A stretch of 64,000 nt of DNA, taken from NCBI GenBank assembly GCA_963924565.1, contig OZ004611.1:15128001-15192000 (forward strand), given 5' to 3'. The translations under genes were made by a program, and so were the position numbers. Below, piece by piece: positions 25,320 through 38,589 of this stretch (position 1 is the stretch's first letter; every line of letters starts with the position of its first letter). The notes below the pieces were generated by a model. It saw only the letters and a list, made by a program, of their open reading frames with translations, had not been told where the DNA came from and ran no database searches. Origin of the DNA: Ascidiella aspersa (Eukaryota).

Positions 25320-26216
25320 AACCATGTAAATCCACTCGCTTATCGTGTTAACAAAATAATTACCGAGGAATGAGCGAAAGATAGACACAATGTGATACCT
25401 AGATGAAGAAGTGCTACATATATCTATTCTTTTCAACATATTGAACACAAAAACACTGCTCCTACTAATCTTCCTATACACCACCAGTATGCCTCTAAGC
25501 CTACACAAGAAAGACAACAATTTGTAAAAAAAAAACAGTTCTCCATGCACAAGCTATTACATATATAGGCCATTCCTTTTTAATCCAGTGTTGAACAGCG
25601 ATCCGACTATCCCAGTAACAAATAAAGCAGGGATACTTGGTAGCCGCCTTGATGTCCTAAGAGAAAGTTGACCGTTATGCTCACTATAAGAAATTCTTCA
25701 GGAGCATCTTTACACTTTGGTAGATTGATTGCTCCTTTAAAACGATTATATGGCCAATTGGAACACAGGCGAACTTATTTCCGTTGATCACACATTTCAA
25801 ACTTTTTTGGAGCTGTCAATGAAAGAATAACCTTCATTCTTCTGTTTTACATTCAAGTAGACCCATAGATAAACGAAGTCCTTCGATGTTATTACAATAC
25901 AGAAAAAATCTTCTTAGGATAAAAACTGCATCATGGTGATTCTTTAGGCTCACGTATGGGAGAGAGAGAGAGTATTCTAAGTCCAGTTTTACCTCCCAAG
26001 CGAGACATTTGTACCAGACATCTTAACATTAAGGCAAAAGTAAATAACTGCTTCACATGGCTTCAGCTTTTATTAACTCGTTGCTCACTAGCATAGATTT
26101 TTCATGGTATATAGGAAAAAGTAATGGCATTTTCGGACTCAGAGCCCCTCATATACACACCCCTAAATCGATCTAATATATCATGCCTTTAAAAAAAAAA
26201 TTTTTGTTGGCCTGTG
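25320..26216 (-). mobile_element. Chapaev3-like DNA transposon remnant
   Basis: Minus strand TVNFLLGHQGGY/KYPCFICYWDSR (~25600-25675) and REPKNH-like text (~25930-25955); terminus CACAGGCCAACAAAAA at 26216 with ..CTGAGTCCGAAAATG subterminal sequence. Confidence 0.65.
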
Positions 26217-26319
26217 TAATCAATCATAAATAAAGTAAGGGCCAAAGATAAATTTTTGACTGGGGCAGCTAAAGTTGCGTTGGCTACGGCCTTACTTAAT
26301 CACTCTCTCAACAGCATAT

Positions 26320-27170
26320 ACTAAAACGGCTTTAACGGTCGACGCTTCGGAAACTGCAATCGGTGGGGTACTCGAGCAGTTCATATTGGCGTTTTTTAGT
26401 AACACCCGAAATTAAATACAACGCTTTCGACCGTGAGCTGTTAGCTTTGCATTTAGCTATCACACATTTTCGGTATTTCCTCGAAGGTCGAATCTTTACC
26501 GCGTACACGGATCATATAAACCTTTAACGTTCGCATTCGCAAATATTTCAGATCCATGGTCCGGTCGTCAACAACGCCATATCGGAGTTTACGACGGACG
26601 TTCAACACATCAAAGGAAAGTACAAAACCATGTTGCGGACGCACTTTCACGCGCCACAATCAGCAATGTACACAGCGCCACTATAGACTTGGACTACACA
26701 GCGAGCTTGCTAAGGCGCAACAGGTACATGAAGTTCAGGTTTATCGAACCGCAGTTTCAGCCCTAAAACTAGAGGATGTCGCCATCGGGCCAAATGGCAC
26801 TACGCTTCTTTGCGACACCTCCATGGGCAACCCACGACCAATAGTAGTACCACACAATCTTGGCGCCGAAAGGTTTTTGACGTCGTCCACGGATTGTCTC
26901 ATCCCTCAATCCGGACAACCCGCAGACTCGTGGCTTTCAAATTTGTATGGCACGGTCTCAACAAAGATATTTGTTTGCAACTGGGTAGCACGATTTGGCA
27001 GATCGCGGCCCCCCCGCAGTATCAACCTGCACCGAACCACCGCTTTTCACCCACAAGCCAACGGCCTCGTAGAAAGGTTTCATCGTCATTTAAAAAGTTC
27101 CTTAATGTCGCGTTTGTCCCAATGGGTTCTTTTAGGATTAAGAACAGCTCATAAAGAGGTAGTGCCTCAC
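26320..27170 (+). mobile_element. Gypsy pol remnant (RNase H plus integrase), second family
   Basis: LTVDASETAIGGVLEQ, FDRELLALHLAITHFRYFLEGRIFTAYTDH, HGLSHPSIRTTRRLVAFKFVW, TTAFHPQANGLVERFHRHLK; many frameshifts. Confidence 0.85.
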
Positions 27171-27291
27171 CTGACAACATCTGGCAAAGCAAAAGATTCA
27201 TCAAACAAAACTTATATCTTTGGAGCATAATGGTTGGAGGTTGTAGTAAGACGTAATAAGAATATCAAAGCCCATACAGAAGTAGGTATCA

Positions 27292-27332
27292 TTTTGGACG
27301 TTTCGAATAACTCTTTATTCATTTTCAACATA
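27292..27332 (-). ncRNA. Hammerhead ribozyme motif (U3-A8 variant), inverted pLTR copy
   Basis: Reverse complement of the motif at 30184-30223. Confidence 0.7.
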
Positions 27333-27586
27333 GAGAGAAGTCACTGATGGAAGTGTATATATAGTGCAAAGGCAGACATCAGAAAGAAGGAAACGTGGAT
27401 AGACACATAATCTAAACCGGATGTGCGGCGATTAGAAGGGAGGTCGCCGATAGCAGATAAGGCCATCCACGTGATCAGATGTTGAAAAGATAGAGTGGTA
27501 TAGAAGCTTGGTCTGCGTTAATTTCCGGGTTGTGCCGTGTTATTTCAACGGTTTCCTTAATCAAAAGACGACGCCAACACCGACTA

Positions 27587-30041
27587 TTCTTATTACGTAT
27601 ATTCTCATTACGTCTTACTACAACCTCTAACCATTATGCTCCAAAGTTTATTGTCAGCCACTATGGAGAAAAGACGAGAAGAACTCTTCGCAAGCTGGAG
27701 AGTACCATCCGCAAGCTTGCCAAAAAGCGCGAGGACGTATCTTTTCTACGGACTTGCCTACGCTACAATCTTACACCGAAGTTTGTACGATTCAAGCTGT
27801 ACAAACGTCAACTTGCACACTGTGAAAGAACAGCCACCTTCCGAAAGAACTTATTGACCAATGAGATTAAAGCGCACCATAGACGAATAGACATGCTTTT
27901 GCACGAAGAGCAAGATATTCGTCTAATACTTAACCAACAGATTGGGGCTTTATCGCGTGTCTACGTCAACAGATTCTTAGACGTTCGTTCTCGGGAACAA
28001 GTTGCTTTCACAAGAACCATCCACAACAAGAAACTAAAAAATCTCGGACTTGTCACCAATTTTGATGACACACAGCCTGCAGTCATAATTAATCTATCCA
28101 AGAAGAACTTATCGTCTGTGGAAAAAACGGTACTTAATAAAGGATTGAATTTTGGTATTTTTCCTACTAAATTCAATTACACCCATGTACAAACGGAATT
28201 TGAGAACTTTTACCAGCAATTAAGGCCGATGCTTGGATTTGCTAAGAAAATCGACTGCAAACGTATGCTGATGAATTTATATAGCAAATATAAATCTTCC
28301 TTCTTCCATGAAAGGCGTCACACTGAGATGGACATCACCGATGAACAACGTACGGCCCTTCATAATCTCAGTCTGGACAAGACCATCACCATCTGCAAGC
28401 CAGACAAAGGAAATGGTGTTGTTATTCTCGACAGCCAGGATTATGAAGAGAAGATTTATTCCGTTTTAAACGACTCAAGCAAGTTTGTCACCACCCAGGA
28501 AGACAACAATCTCTCCAAGCTTAGTCGTTTTCAAGGGTTTCTTTATCGTTTACACAAGAATGATAAACTGGAAGATGATGTGTACGCCAGAATTAGACCA
28601 ACCGCTGCCCGTACCCCTACATTGTATGGCGTTCCTAAAGTACATAAGGTCAACGTACCACTTCGACCAATTCTAGACTCGCGTGGATGTTTTTGCTATG
28701 ACTGTGCCGAATGGCTGTGTGAAGTTCTACAACCACTGCGCGCACATCCCACCAATATAAAAGATACCTTTGATTTTGTGAACCGTGTTAACCACACACA
28801 ACTGTATGACAAGGTCATGGTATCTTACGATGTAAAAAGCCTGTTCACTAACATTCCAGTTGAATTTACCACCAACCTGATTCTCAACAACATATACAAG
28901 GAAGGTGTTAAGCTGTTTCATGGACTCAAGAAATCTGAGTTCAAGAAAATGTTAAATTGGACCTGCAATGACATCACTTTTCAATTTAGGCAAAAATTTT
29001 ACACACAGATCGACGGCGTCGCAATGGGTTCCCCGATCGCCCCTCTGCTTGCTGATGTTTTCATGAACTGGTTAATTGATCAAACCGTGGAAAACCCAGC
29101 ACAACCCCATCTTTTATGCCGCTATGTAGATGACATTTTTGCCGTATTCTACAACAGTGATGAAATTGAAGCTTTTCTCTGCACTCTAAATGGCATCCAT
29201 CCAAATATCCAGTTTACCTGTGAGTGGGAAAAGGAAAATAATCTGCCCTTTCTGGATGTACTGGTTAAGAAAATGCCTAATGGACACAGCACTCACGTAT
29301 ATCGCAAGCCTACCCATACAGGCCTCCTAACAAGATGGTCAAGTTTTGTGCCATTTAAATACAAGCGCAACCTGATAAATAGCCTATTACACCGGGCTTA
29401 CAGAATTTGTAACACTTACATGGGGATGCACCACGAATTTCAAAAATGTTGATGATGAATGGTTACCCCAAGCAGTTTATTGATACTGCCATTTACAGGT
29501 TTCTTGACCAAAAACACAAGGACGTGCAAAACAAAATGGTAGAGCATGAAGAAAACAAAACGTTGTATACCATCACTATGAAGCTCCCGTTTATTGGTAA
29601 AACATCGATGAACATATGCAAAGAACTTACTACCTTCGTAGCGTAGCGCGCAACACCGAAAATAAAGTCAAATTTATTTTCAGCCACGAAACCACACCTA
29701 TCAGTTCGTTTTTTATACACAAGGACCACCAGCATGTGTTACGTCGTTCAGGAGTTATATACAAAGTGCAATGTTCGTGCGGATCTACTTATATTGGACA
29801 AACCAAGCGTAACCTACAAGTGCGTATGGACAACCACGACCCTTCATCACGGTCCACGCAGGACACAGACGTGGTAAGGCATTTGCATCAAAATCCTGGT
29901 CACAAAATCGATTTTAAAAACCCCAAGATTCTTGCGACAGTCGGTGTTGGCGTCGTCTTGGAAACCGTTGAAATAACACGGCACAACCCGGAAATTAACG
30001 CAGACCAAGCTTCTATACCACTCTATCTTTTCAACATCTGA
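27587..30041 (+). pseudogene. PLE-B RT plus GIY-YIG endonuclease ORF; first ~10 codons missing, frameshifts at ~29450 and ~29640
   Basis: KPDKGNGVVILD, LYGVPKVHK..LRPIL, SYDVKSLFTNIP, DGVAMGSPIAP, RYVDD, LPFLDV, YRKPTHTG, NGYP, SGVIYKVQCSCGSTYIGQTKRNL. Confidence 0.93.
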
Positions 30042-30183
30042 TCACGTGGATGGCCTTATCTGCTATCGGCGACCTACCTTCTAATCGCCTCACATCCGGT
30101 TTAGATTATGTGTCTATCCACGTTTCCTTCTTTCTGATGTCTGCCTTTGCACTATATATACACTTCCATCAGTGACTTCTCTC

Positions 30184-30223
30184 TATGTTGAAAATGAATA
30201 AAGAGTTATTCGAAACGTCCAAA
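30184..30223 (+). ncRNA. Minimal hammerhead ribozyme motif (U3-A8 variant) in the PLE-B pLTR
   Basis: tatg TTGAAAA t GAATAA-agag-TTATTC GAAA CGTC caaa: perfect 6-bp helix II, GAAA, palindromic ACGT helix III and a GUC triplet (predicted cut after 30219). Helix I is weak (3/4). Confidence 0.72.
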
Positions 30224-33200
30224 ATGATACCTACTTCTGTATGGGCTTTGATATTCTTATTAAAACTTATATCAGTTATATTTCTACCGAAAATTTTACG
30301 TAGCATGCTTTATTTTTCCTATATTTCTGTTGCGGTATTCATACCAAGCGTTCAAGCGGTTAAAATCATTGAAATACGCGAAGAGAGGCAGCGCCAAGCC
30401 GTGCCTCTCTCTTCGATCACAAAAGTGCCATACACTGCATTATTATGCGTTCCTTTTTCTTTCGCAAATTCTCTCGGAAAACATGATGAACGATTTAGCT
30501 ATGATTTGAGGCATGCCTCAATTATGACGTCCACGCCATGAAACCTTTCTTTGTCCAGTTTGAATGCCCGCATAGTGCGTGTACAATTGTACACTAAAGT
30601 TGAAATCATAAATAAAGGCAGACCTGTTGCAAATTTAAAAGTTTTGCATCAGACGACTGTACAAAAAAAAAGTGGATGTGGGGGTGGAATAGGCGTAGCC
30701 AGGGGGGCCATGGCCACCCAAAAATTTATAAATATTGTACTAATAATTTGTTTTGTAGCTCTCCACAACAGTCGATCACAGGCATGCCACACCTTCAATT
30801 GTCATGCACTGTTACGTCACAAACGATGTAGTCATTATTACGTTTGCTATACTAATGTAGTTGTTATTTTGTTTTTGCTCTCTGTACTGAATGTTTTTTA
30901 AGTATTGCGCTAAAACTCAGTCAGTTGCTGCTCGAAACGGTTTGCTAGCATATGTATTTGTGTTCGATACGCAGTTCATACAATGGCAAAAGCTAAACAA
31001 AAAAAAGTTCGTTTTTGTGGTTGTTAAAAGAAAAACGTGACTTGAAAAAATTGTGCCTCACCATCTAGGAACCTCACCGCACGTCACTGCGTAAAACGCC
31101 TGGAAGCTTTTCTGGAAAACTCGTCGGGTGCCGTCGGTGGGTGAAAAGCAAAGGCTTCAAGCGCTCCTTAAGGGGGCACTCCAACCTAATTAGTAAATAA
31201 ATAAATTTATTTTTACACGCACAAAGATTCAAAACACACAAAGACCCTAAAACAAACAAACATTACTACTTAGCACTTACCTTGGTAAATTGAGACGAGT
31301 TCATCCTATTTTTTTAAAATGTTCAAGCAAGTAAGAAGCTGACAAGAATTTGATAAATACAATGTTTCTTAAAGAGCATGGTTTGAGTCTCGGTTAACCG
31401 ATGGATATATACCATTTGTTCATTGATAACGTTGACGACTTGCGCCGCCCTACTCTAACCGTTTTTCTAAAAGTGTGGTTGCTGAATGCTTAAACAAGGC
31501 GGGTGTAAAAATTTTAGATCTCTAAGGTGAAATATTAAATGCTATTTGAGGCATTTAATCGAAAGGCCATATATGTTGAACTTCATTCAGCAGTTACGAA
31601 ATTTTTGATCGCATATTACCATGGCCCGATTGATATTGACTATAAGCGATGGCTCTTTTTGAAGAGTGTGTCGTGTAGTTTATGCCGTGAAAAATCAGCG
31701 AGAAAGGTCGACAATTAAAATGAATATTAATATTTTTTGCTGTTGTTGGAAAGATGTAAACAATATAAAAGGGTTGTGTAGAAATCTTAACTGTATCGTC
31801 ACAACTTTCAGAGATATTTCTCGAAAACAATCCGGCGCGCCGAGTTCGCCCAGGTCGTTTCGGCGGTGAATGACACCAAACGCTCGTACAATATTACAAG
31901 GAAAACATACAAATGAAAATATCGACCTCACTGCATTCTGGTGCATTATTAAAACATCGAGAGTTATCGCCAGAAGGCCACTTGTGTGCATTGAAGACAA
32001 CACGACTACAGAGTGTGTTCCATTGAACACTTGAAACTTCACGTATCTCTTGTAATTGTAGTTATCAAGGAGAAAACTCTGTGCCTGTGTCTCAACGAAG
32101 TATAGTTGTAAAAACTTGGATAACTGTTTAGGGGCCGGTTGTAGAGTGATTGTACTTTAGGGTTCCCTCACGATGTTTAGCCCCTAAGGCAGGGGCGTGC
32201 AACCTGCGGCCCGCGGTGTGCTTTGGTTTTTGGCCCGCACCACTAAACACTCGGGTAAAACTGTTAAACTTAGATTCGACGTTGTAAATTACGATGTTCA
32301 GCGACGTTATGTGGTTCCGGACAGTGTACATTCTCGACGTTGAAAGTTACCTTGTACGACCACGTTATTTATACATTTACAGACACGTTATTTTTACGTA
32401 AAAGTGGGGCAATCAGGACGGCGTATATGCGACGTTCAAAATTGTTATTGGACACGTTTATTTGAACGTTATTTATGCATAATTGTTTTGTCTTCATGCG
32501 TAACAATTGCGTTTCGCAATGACGTTACAAGTTACATTCGTAATAATACTAATACTTCTATTAACGCACAACTAACAAATACCATCATAACAACGCATGC
32601 AACACGTATACTTGCTGTGACATAACTGGCTGTAAGCTTTCTACACTTGTTCTACCGAACCTACTTCAAAAGCGCTTTTTACTAATGCAAAAACATTGCA
32701 ATCAATTTACCATGTCAGGGAATTATGAAAATAATATATTGAGGTGGAAAGACAAGGAAGGCCTTGCGTAAAACAGTGCATATGGTAATAAACACGAATC
32801 GAAAATTTACTCCGAATCGGACGTGTGTACGTCGTCGAGTAAGCTTTTTGAAGGTTCACCCTGTCAACGAAATCAAAACAGTTGCAACTTTTTACCAAAA
32901 GTGTTTTATTATGTTCTATTTATTATTATTACACTTATTCTGATAATATAACTAGAGAGGCATTTTTGTTATAGACTATTGTAAAACAGCAAAGGCACTG
33001 GTCGTCGTCCCTTTGCAGCCGTATGTCGCGCGCCGCAGTTTTTCCGTACAATGTAAAAATAATCTTGTTTGTTGACCCGCTATGGTTCCAAAGACTTAAT
33101 AAATAAATTGCAATAACGATCTTTTATATGGCAAAATAGCAAACATGTTGAGACTATCATTTGTCGTTCAATTTAGTAGAAATGCCAAATTGACTGCCTA

Positions 33201-33561
33201 AAATGAACACCTGTTATGTGTACAAGCAGTTCGTTGTACTTTTCAAACTTTAATATATATTTGGTCTGAACAATGTCATAAAATACTTTGCATTGTATCC
33301 ACCCATAAAAGCAACTTGTATGGCCGGCTTACTTTTTTAGTAATTATTCAAGGACCAAATGGGTAAGAATTTAGAAGCAAACAACTTTCGATATGCATTA
33401 TGTGGTAAAATTAAGATATTTAAACAACTTTTCTTGCTTAAAACAGATATGCAAGAAAAATAGCTCGTTTAAAGAAACCCAACCTGGTCATAGGGTAAGA
33501 GCTGGTTGCCCCTGGTATTTGGATTATCAATACAGATGGTCAAGAACAACTGATATAAAAT

Positions 33562-33920
33562 TTATAAAGTTTGTGCTGTTACCTTGTAATGTTCACCACC
33601 TTCTCTCCGTGGAGCATGTTTTAAAAATTCTCCTATTTCTCGTTCAACACTTTTTACATTGGCAGTATTGCAGCTTCGCAGACTTGCCTCTGATACAAAA
33701 CAGTTCTTTTCGACAAATGCAGTTATATTTGGGATGTCACCACACACTTACTTAATATTGCCTTATTGGTTCGTGTCTTGCAAAAGGCAACTTTTCCTTT
33801 CCGTCCCTTGAAGCTGTAGACGGACCACATTTTGTTAGTCCCGATTACCGTCATCATCCTTCTTACTCTTTCTCCGACTGAGGAGCCTCCCATACTTGCC
33901 AAGAATTTAATGACTTTATT
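33562..33920 (-). pseudogene. DUF4806-like C-terminal domain (accessory ORF of CACTA/Mirage-type elements)
   Basis: FLASMGGSSVGERVRRMMTVIGTNKMWSVYSFKGRKGKVAF ... VEREIGEFLKHAPRREGG. Confidence 0.7.
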
Positions 33921-34269
33921 ATCATTAGGGGATATATAAAATAAGTGGTTTAAAGTAATCCCAAGGTATTCTAGAATAGTAGATTTTGAATCTAGAATAA
34001 CGAATCCAGAATATTCTTATGTAATAAATATGTTGAGGAATTTTTACTATTCATGAATATTTGGCACCTGCATGGCAAGACAACAATTTAAAGGACACCA
34101 TTTTATTTGAAATAATTGAATATATTATTAAAAAACAAAACATAATAATAAACAAAAATCAAAAAGTATTAAATGCATTGAGGAAAAAGAATGCCATCTA
34201 CATTAAAAATTTGTTGCAAAGCATTTAAATGTTTTCCAGTAAGCACTGAACGTAGCTTACTCTGAACGT

Positions 34270-34420
34270 TTAGGTGAGCACTTGAAAATTAACGTTCTCA
34301 TGACGCAGAGGAGGCTGGTAATACAAGGTATATATATTTTGGCAAATTGTTTTAGGTTTGGCTTTCCATTTTCGTTGGCATGCCACCATTTTAAAATGTC
34401 TACCGGCTCTTTACAGGCTT
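34270..34420 (-). pseudogene. hAT transposase dimerisation-domain remnant
   Basis: VDILKWWHANENGKPNLKQFAKIY, then PASSAS*ER.FSS in shifted frames. Confidence 0.7.
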
Positions 34421-34754
34421 TCGCTTTTGCATAAGAACTATGTCTATGGCGATACAAAGTTCCTTAGCACCAACTGAAACGTCAAGTTGCTAAGTCAGCG
34501 TATAATACGTCACACACGGCCGTCTAAAAAACGCTCTAAGTTGCTGCTAAGTCAGCGTATTTTACGACTACCATGAGTCCAAAGTCGAACCGCGCGGTCA
34601 GTCCAAATACGTCACATAGGGCCTTCTGAAAAGCGCTTTTCCAAACAAAATTTATATAGGTTACAACTACCCGATATAAACAACAAAATTAACATCCCTA
34701 TTTATAATAATATGGTAAAATAATACAGAATATACTTTGTGTTTTAGATGTTCA

Positions 34755-35600
34755 GGTCACAAGAACCGATGACGGACGGTGTCTTGTACTCGAAAGTGTA
34801 CCACAAGCCAACGAGTACCGACAGGTATCTCAATTTTCGATCTCATCACCCCACATACCAGAAAAGATCGGGCACGACGCTTGTGCACACATAGCGACGA
34901 CTGCGAGGCGGAACTGGCAAACACGTTCGCAAGGCCTTGAAATATAATGGCTACCCCAACGGGCAACTCATCCAAAAACAAAGGGTTTTGTGACACTTCC
35001 GTACATACCAAAACTGACAGATATTCTGCGGCGTATGTTGCGTGACTTTGGTGTAGCGGTTGGCGTCCGACCTGCCAATACTCTCCGCAAGCTACTGAGT
35101 CACCCGAAAGATCCAATTGTATATATTCTATTCCCTGCGCCGAGTGTCCGTTAGTTAATACATATCGGGGAGACTGGAAGGTCACTCAACGTCGAAAAGA
35201 ACATCAACGGGATGTTGCCAACAGCGACGCGAAGTCGGCCCTCTCCAATCACGCGGTATCACAAGGCCAATTTCAATGCGGCGTCTGTTGTGGCCCGGGA
35301 GCCTGACTAGAAAAGACTATTTCTTGAGTCATGGAATATTCACCAACGGGGTAACACAATGAACATCAAAACAGACGTGAAACAGACTTTCAGCGTGCTA
35401 CAGGCATCTGCTTAAAGATTAAAGGCCCATTCATTCGTTATCGCGCGGTGTTTGCGTTGCGTTGTAACGTGCTTGCGTTCCATTCTTTTTCCGTTTTGCT
35501 TTGTTTATCGTGTACTAGTCGCATTCAGTGTTATTTACCATGATGAAGACGACCTGTATAGGACGTCGAAACGTCGGAATAAAAAATTACATTTGCCAGA
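34755..35600 (+). mobile_element. 5'-truncated PLE related to family A (RT thumb, GIY-YIG, pLTR)
   Basis: YHKP..TDRYLNFRSHHP, NGYP, LPYIPKLTDILRRMLRDFG, YSIPCAECP..YIGETGRSL, RLFLESWNI. Confidence 0.85.
35535..35580 (+). ncRNA. Hammerhead ribozyme motif, probably inactivated (C3A)
   Basis: ttacc ATGATGA a GACG-a-CCT-gtat-AGG-a-CGTC GAAA CGTC gg. Confidence 0.65.
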
Positions 35601-35724
35601 AGAGCTCTACAAACCTGATATATTAATTTAATGTCATAAGAAATTTGCTTATGCCTAAACGTTTGCACGCGTCAGTAAATACAAATTTCAAATCATGTCA
35701 TAATGTGTGTCAGTCGGTTAACCT

Positions 35725-36072
35725 AATGCTTTCCACAATCAGAGTAACACCCCACATCCTGTGTGAAAGTGGCATTAATGCAATGACGTGTTTAACTGTG
35801 TGACCTGGCTCTAAAGATTTAATTCTTGGCTTCTGTAAACTCCCAATAAATTTTACATTTGGTTAAAACAGTGTAAAAATGAAAACTTAACGTAAATGCT
35901 TTCCACAATCAGACTAACACCCCACATCCTGTGTGAAAGTGGCATTAATGCAATGACGTGTTTAATTGTGTGACTTATCTGCGTGGCTCTAAAGATTTAA
36001 TTCTTGGCTTCTGTAAACTCCCAATAATTTTTACATTTGGTTAAAACAGTGTAAAAATGAAAACTTAACGTA
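35725..36072 (+). repeat. Tandem duplication of ~170-178 bp
   Basis: 35725-35894 and 35895-36072 are near-identical apart from one 8-nt indel and a few substitutions. Confidence 0.95.
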
Positions 36073-36199
36073 TAAAAGGCCGTTTTAGGTCTGCTGACCA
36101 TTTAATCACTAATCACGTGTTACCAGCATTGTATATATAACCTTTTTCCTGAAGGCGCATGTTACAGCCGATAATTTAAAAAAATATATTTAACTTCAA

Positions 36200-37480
36200 A
36201 CCAAATTGCAACGATGTGTGTTTTTTAAAATGGAGCTACTAAACCGACAACCTTAGCTATAAATACGTCTCGCATATTTTATGTAATGGAAACCCGTAAC
36301 TTATATCGATCAAAAATCACTAACAAACGTAAAACCGTATGTCGTAGAAGCAATAATTCAATTGCGCGAAATTAAAGCAAATACGTAATCCCGGTAGATA
36401 TCACACTGCATCCAACGAAAAAAAAATCCCGTTTGAAAAGTAAATTTGCTTACTGTGCAAACCGCTGCAATAAATGCGATATTATGCAAACTCAGTCCAA
36501 ATGTTGCGTAGTTTATACTCGGTTAGGGTTGCTGTACGTTGTCTTATGAAAAAGAAATGTTAAGGAAAACGCTGCAATACCCGCAATATTATGCGAACGT
36601 AGGCTCCATTTACGTGTTAAACAAACTGCAAAAAGCTATAAAACATAAAGATTACCAAGGCAATGATTATGTATTTGACTTGATTTTTGCGGTCACGCAG
36701 GTTATTGCCTTATAAATGTTTGGAAGCGTTTTTTACCCTTATACGTCTATATGTTTTGCGAGAAGTCGTACTCGCGCCCTTTTGCAATGCTGTGTGATGC
36801 ACACATCACTTGGGTAAGCATGTGATACATTTTAAGTAACGAAACCCAGTAACATTTGTCAATTGAGAATAACTCTCAGACGTAAAACTTTAGGTTGTAG
36901 TAGCAATTGTTTAGATCTGCTTAATAGCGTGATATACAGTCAAACGTCGGAAGTATCAAATGCCTACTGTTCTGCTGCTTTAAGTATGTTTAAAAAAAAT
37001 GCTAAACCTTTGCACTAAATGCCAAATTAAGGTGCGTCCAACGTCGGACAAACCCTCTTAACCCGTTGAAAATATAAATTGTTTACTGTTCAAACTGCGA
37101 CAACAATCGCGATATTTTGCGAACTCTGCCTAAATTTGGCATTGCTAAACTTAAGTCTTTACTTCGAACTTTGCACACGTTTGTTAACATGGACCATACG
37201 ATGTGCTTTTTACGTAATCCCGGTACCATACCGATACTAAATTCAGTTCTTCGTAATTTTGCGAACTCTTCCTAAATTTTACGCGGTAACAGACATCAAT
37301 AAGTTCCTAAACATAAACAATAAAATTGTACTTTATTAAGGAAATATACCTAATTTTATTTTTTTATTTCGTACTGCGACAACAAACGCGAACTTAAGTC
37401 GTTACTTGGAACGTTGCACACGTATGCTAACATGAATTATTAACATATGATGTGCATTTTACGTAATCCTAGTACCATAT
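36200..37480. repeat. Old diverged modular repeat array
   Basis: Recurring CGTAATCCYRGTA, ACTGCGACAACAA, TTWTGCGAAC and CCCGTT(T)GAAAA motifs; 36200-36350 resembles 36780-36905; a related motif occurs at ~40575. Confidence 0.6.
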
Positions 37481-38589
37481 TTCTTCCAACATAGGTAAAA
37501 TCTCGCTTAAAACTGACAATGGGTTACTATTAAAACCGCTGCAAGGATTAAATACCCAACGGCTAAACACGTCATACATCAAGTTGAAAACATTAAAATT
37601 TATATTTGGAGAAGCGAGCAAACCACGGGGAGTCGCCGGTCCTTTTGTTAGTCGACGGCGACGTTGCTTTGCCAGCGACCGACCGGGCGAACATGTTACA
37701 GACATCTCACAAATCTTCTCTTTTATTATGTAGATGATTGTTTCTGTGGAAACATATCTTTCTATACCAAACTTGGAAATAGTGTGATCTTAGGCATGTT
37801 TTTGTTGCACTTTAAATCAATATTTGTAAGAGATGTACTTCATATGGCAAAACAGTGTTTTTGATAGAACACTGATATTAAACTTATATTTTGACCCATT
37901 TTAGGGGGTAATCGAGCAATTTTGCAGCTACAAGATTAAACACAACAGATGATACAACTTCATGACCACTTCTGCCAGAGGTAAAAGTTTCACCCAAATC
38001 TGACAAACATAGTAAAAATAATATGGTTCCTATTCAGGAAGAGGCCCAAAATTAACAATGTGATTGCAGGGGGTTATTAAACCCAGCAAAATGACATGTT
38101 ATATAAAATGGGTAGATATCAACAAATTTGGAAATCGTTTAAAAAATTTACCAATGGGGTTGGTTGGGGCAGCAAGGTAACTGTAGCGTCATTAATGTAT
38201 AATCACGTGTAGTGAAATATATTTATTGTACATGCACAACTTTTAGCGTTCTATTGCCCTTGTCACGAATAATCTATAAAAAAACCTTTTAGCGACATCG
38301 CTTACCAAAGCTTCCGTTTTTCACCTGTGAAACAGCCACCGCACAGTCCACACGATAGATGTGCTGTTTCGCCATATACTACTGTAAACAAACGATATGA
38401 GTAATCGCCAGGTAAAACATCCGCACCTTTTGAGAAGTAGGCCGCTGTAAAATGTCGCATTTTTTCATGCAATTTATCACCTTGTATAAGCAGCGCGTTA
38501 TATCAACATAATCAGTTTGTTTCCAGCCAACAAAAACTGTGTGGATTTGTAATCAGACTACAGCACAACACCCATTGTAGAAAAAGTAG

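Larger units (their letters stand above)
27219..30261 (+). mobile_element. Penelope-like element family B, near full length, with an inverted 5' pLTR and a 12-bp TSD
   Basis: ~27255-27586 is the reverse complement of ~29939-30261 and extends on into N-terminal ORF sequence; TSD AAAACTTATATC (27207-27218, 30262-30273). Confidence 0.93.

Noticed and set aside
27530-27586. ORF-track N-terminus of the 640-aa protein
   Set aside because: It is the antisense of the inverted pLTR, fused in frame by chance.
30185-30901. Hydrophobic 118-aa and 116-aa ORFs as membrane proteins
   Set aside because: The first begins inside the ribozyme/pLTR and runs through the TSD into flank; no family motifs in either.
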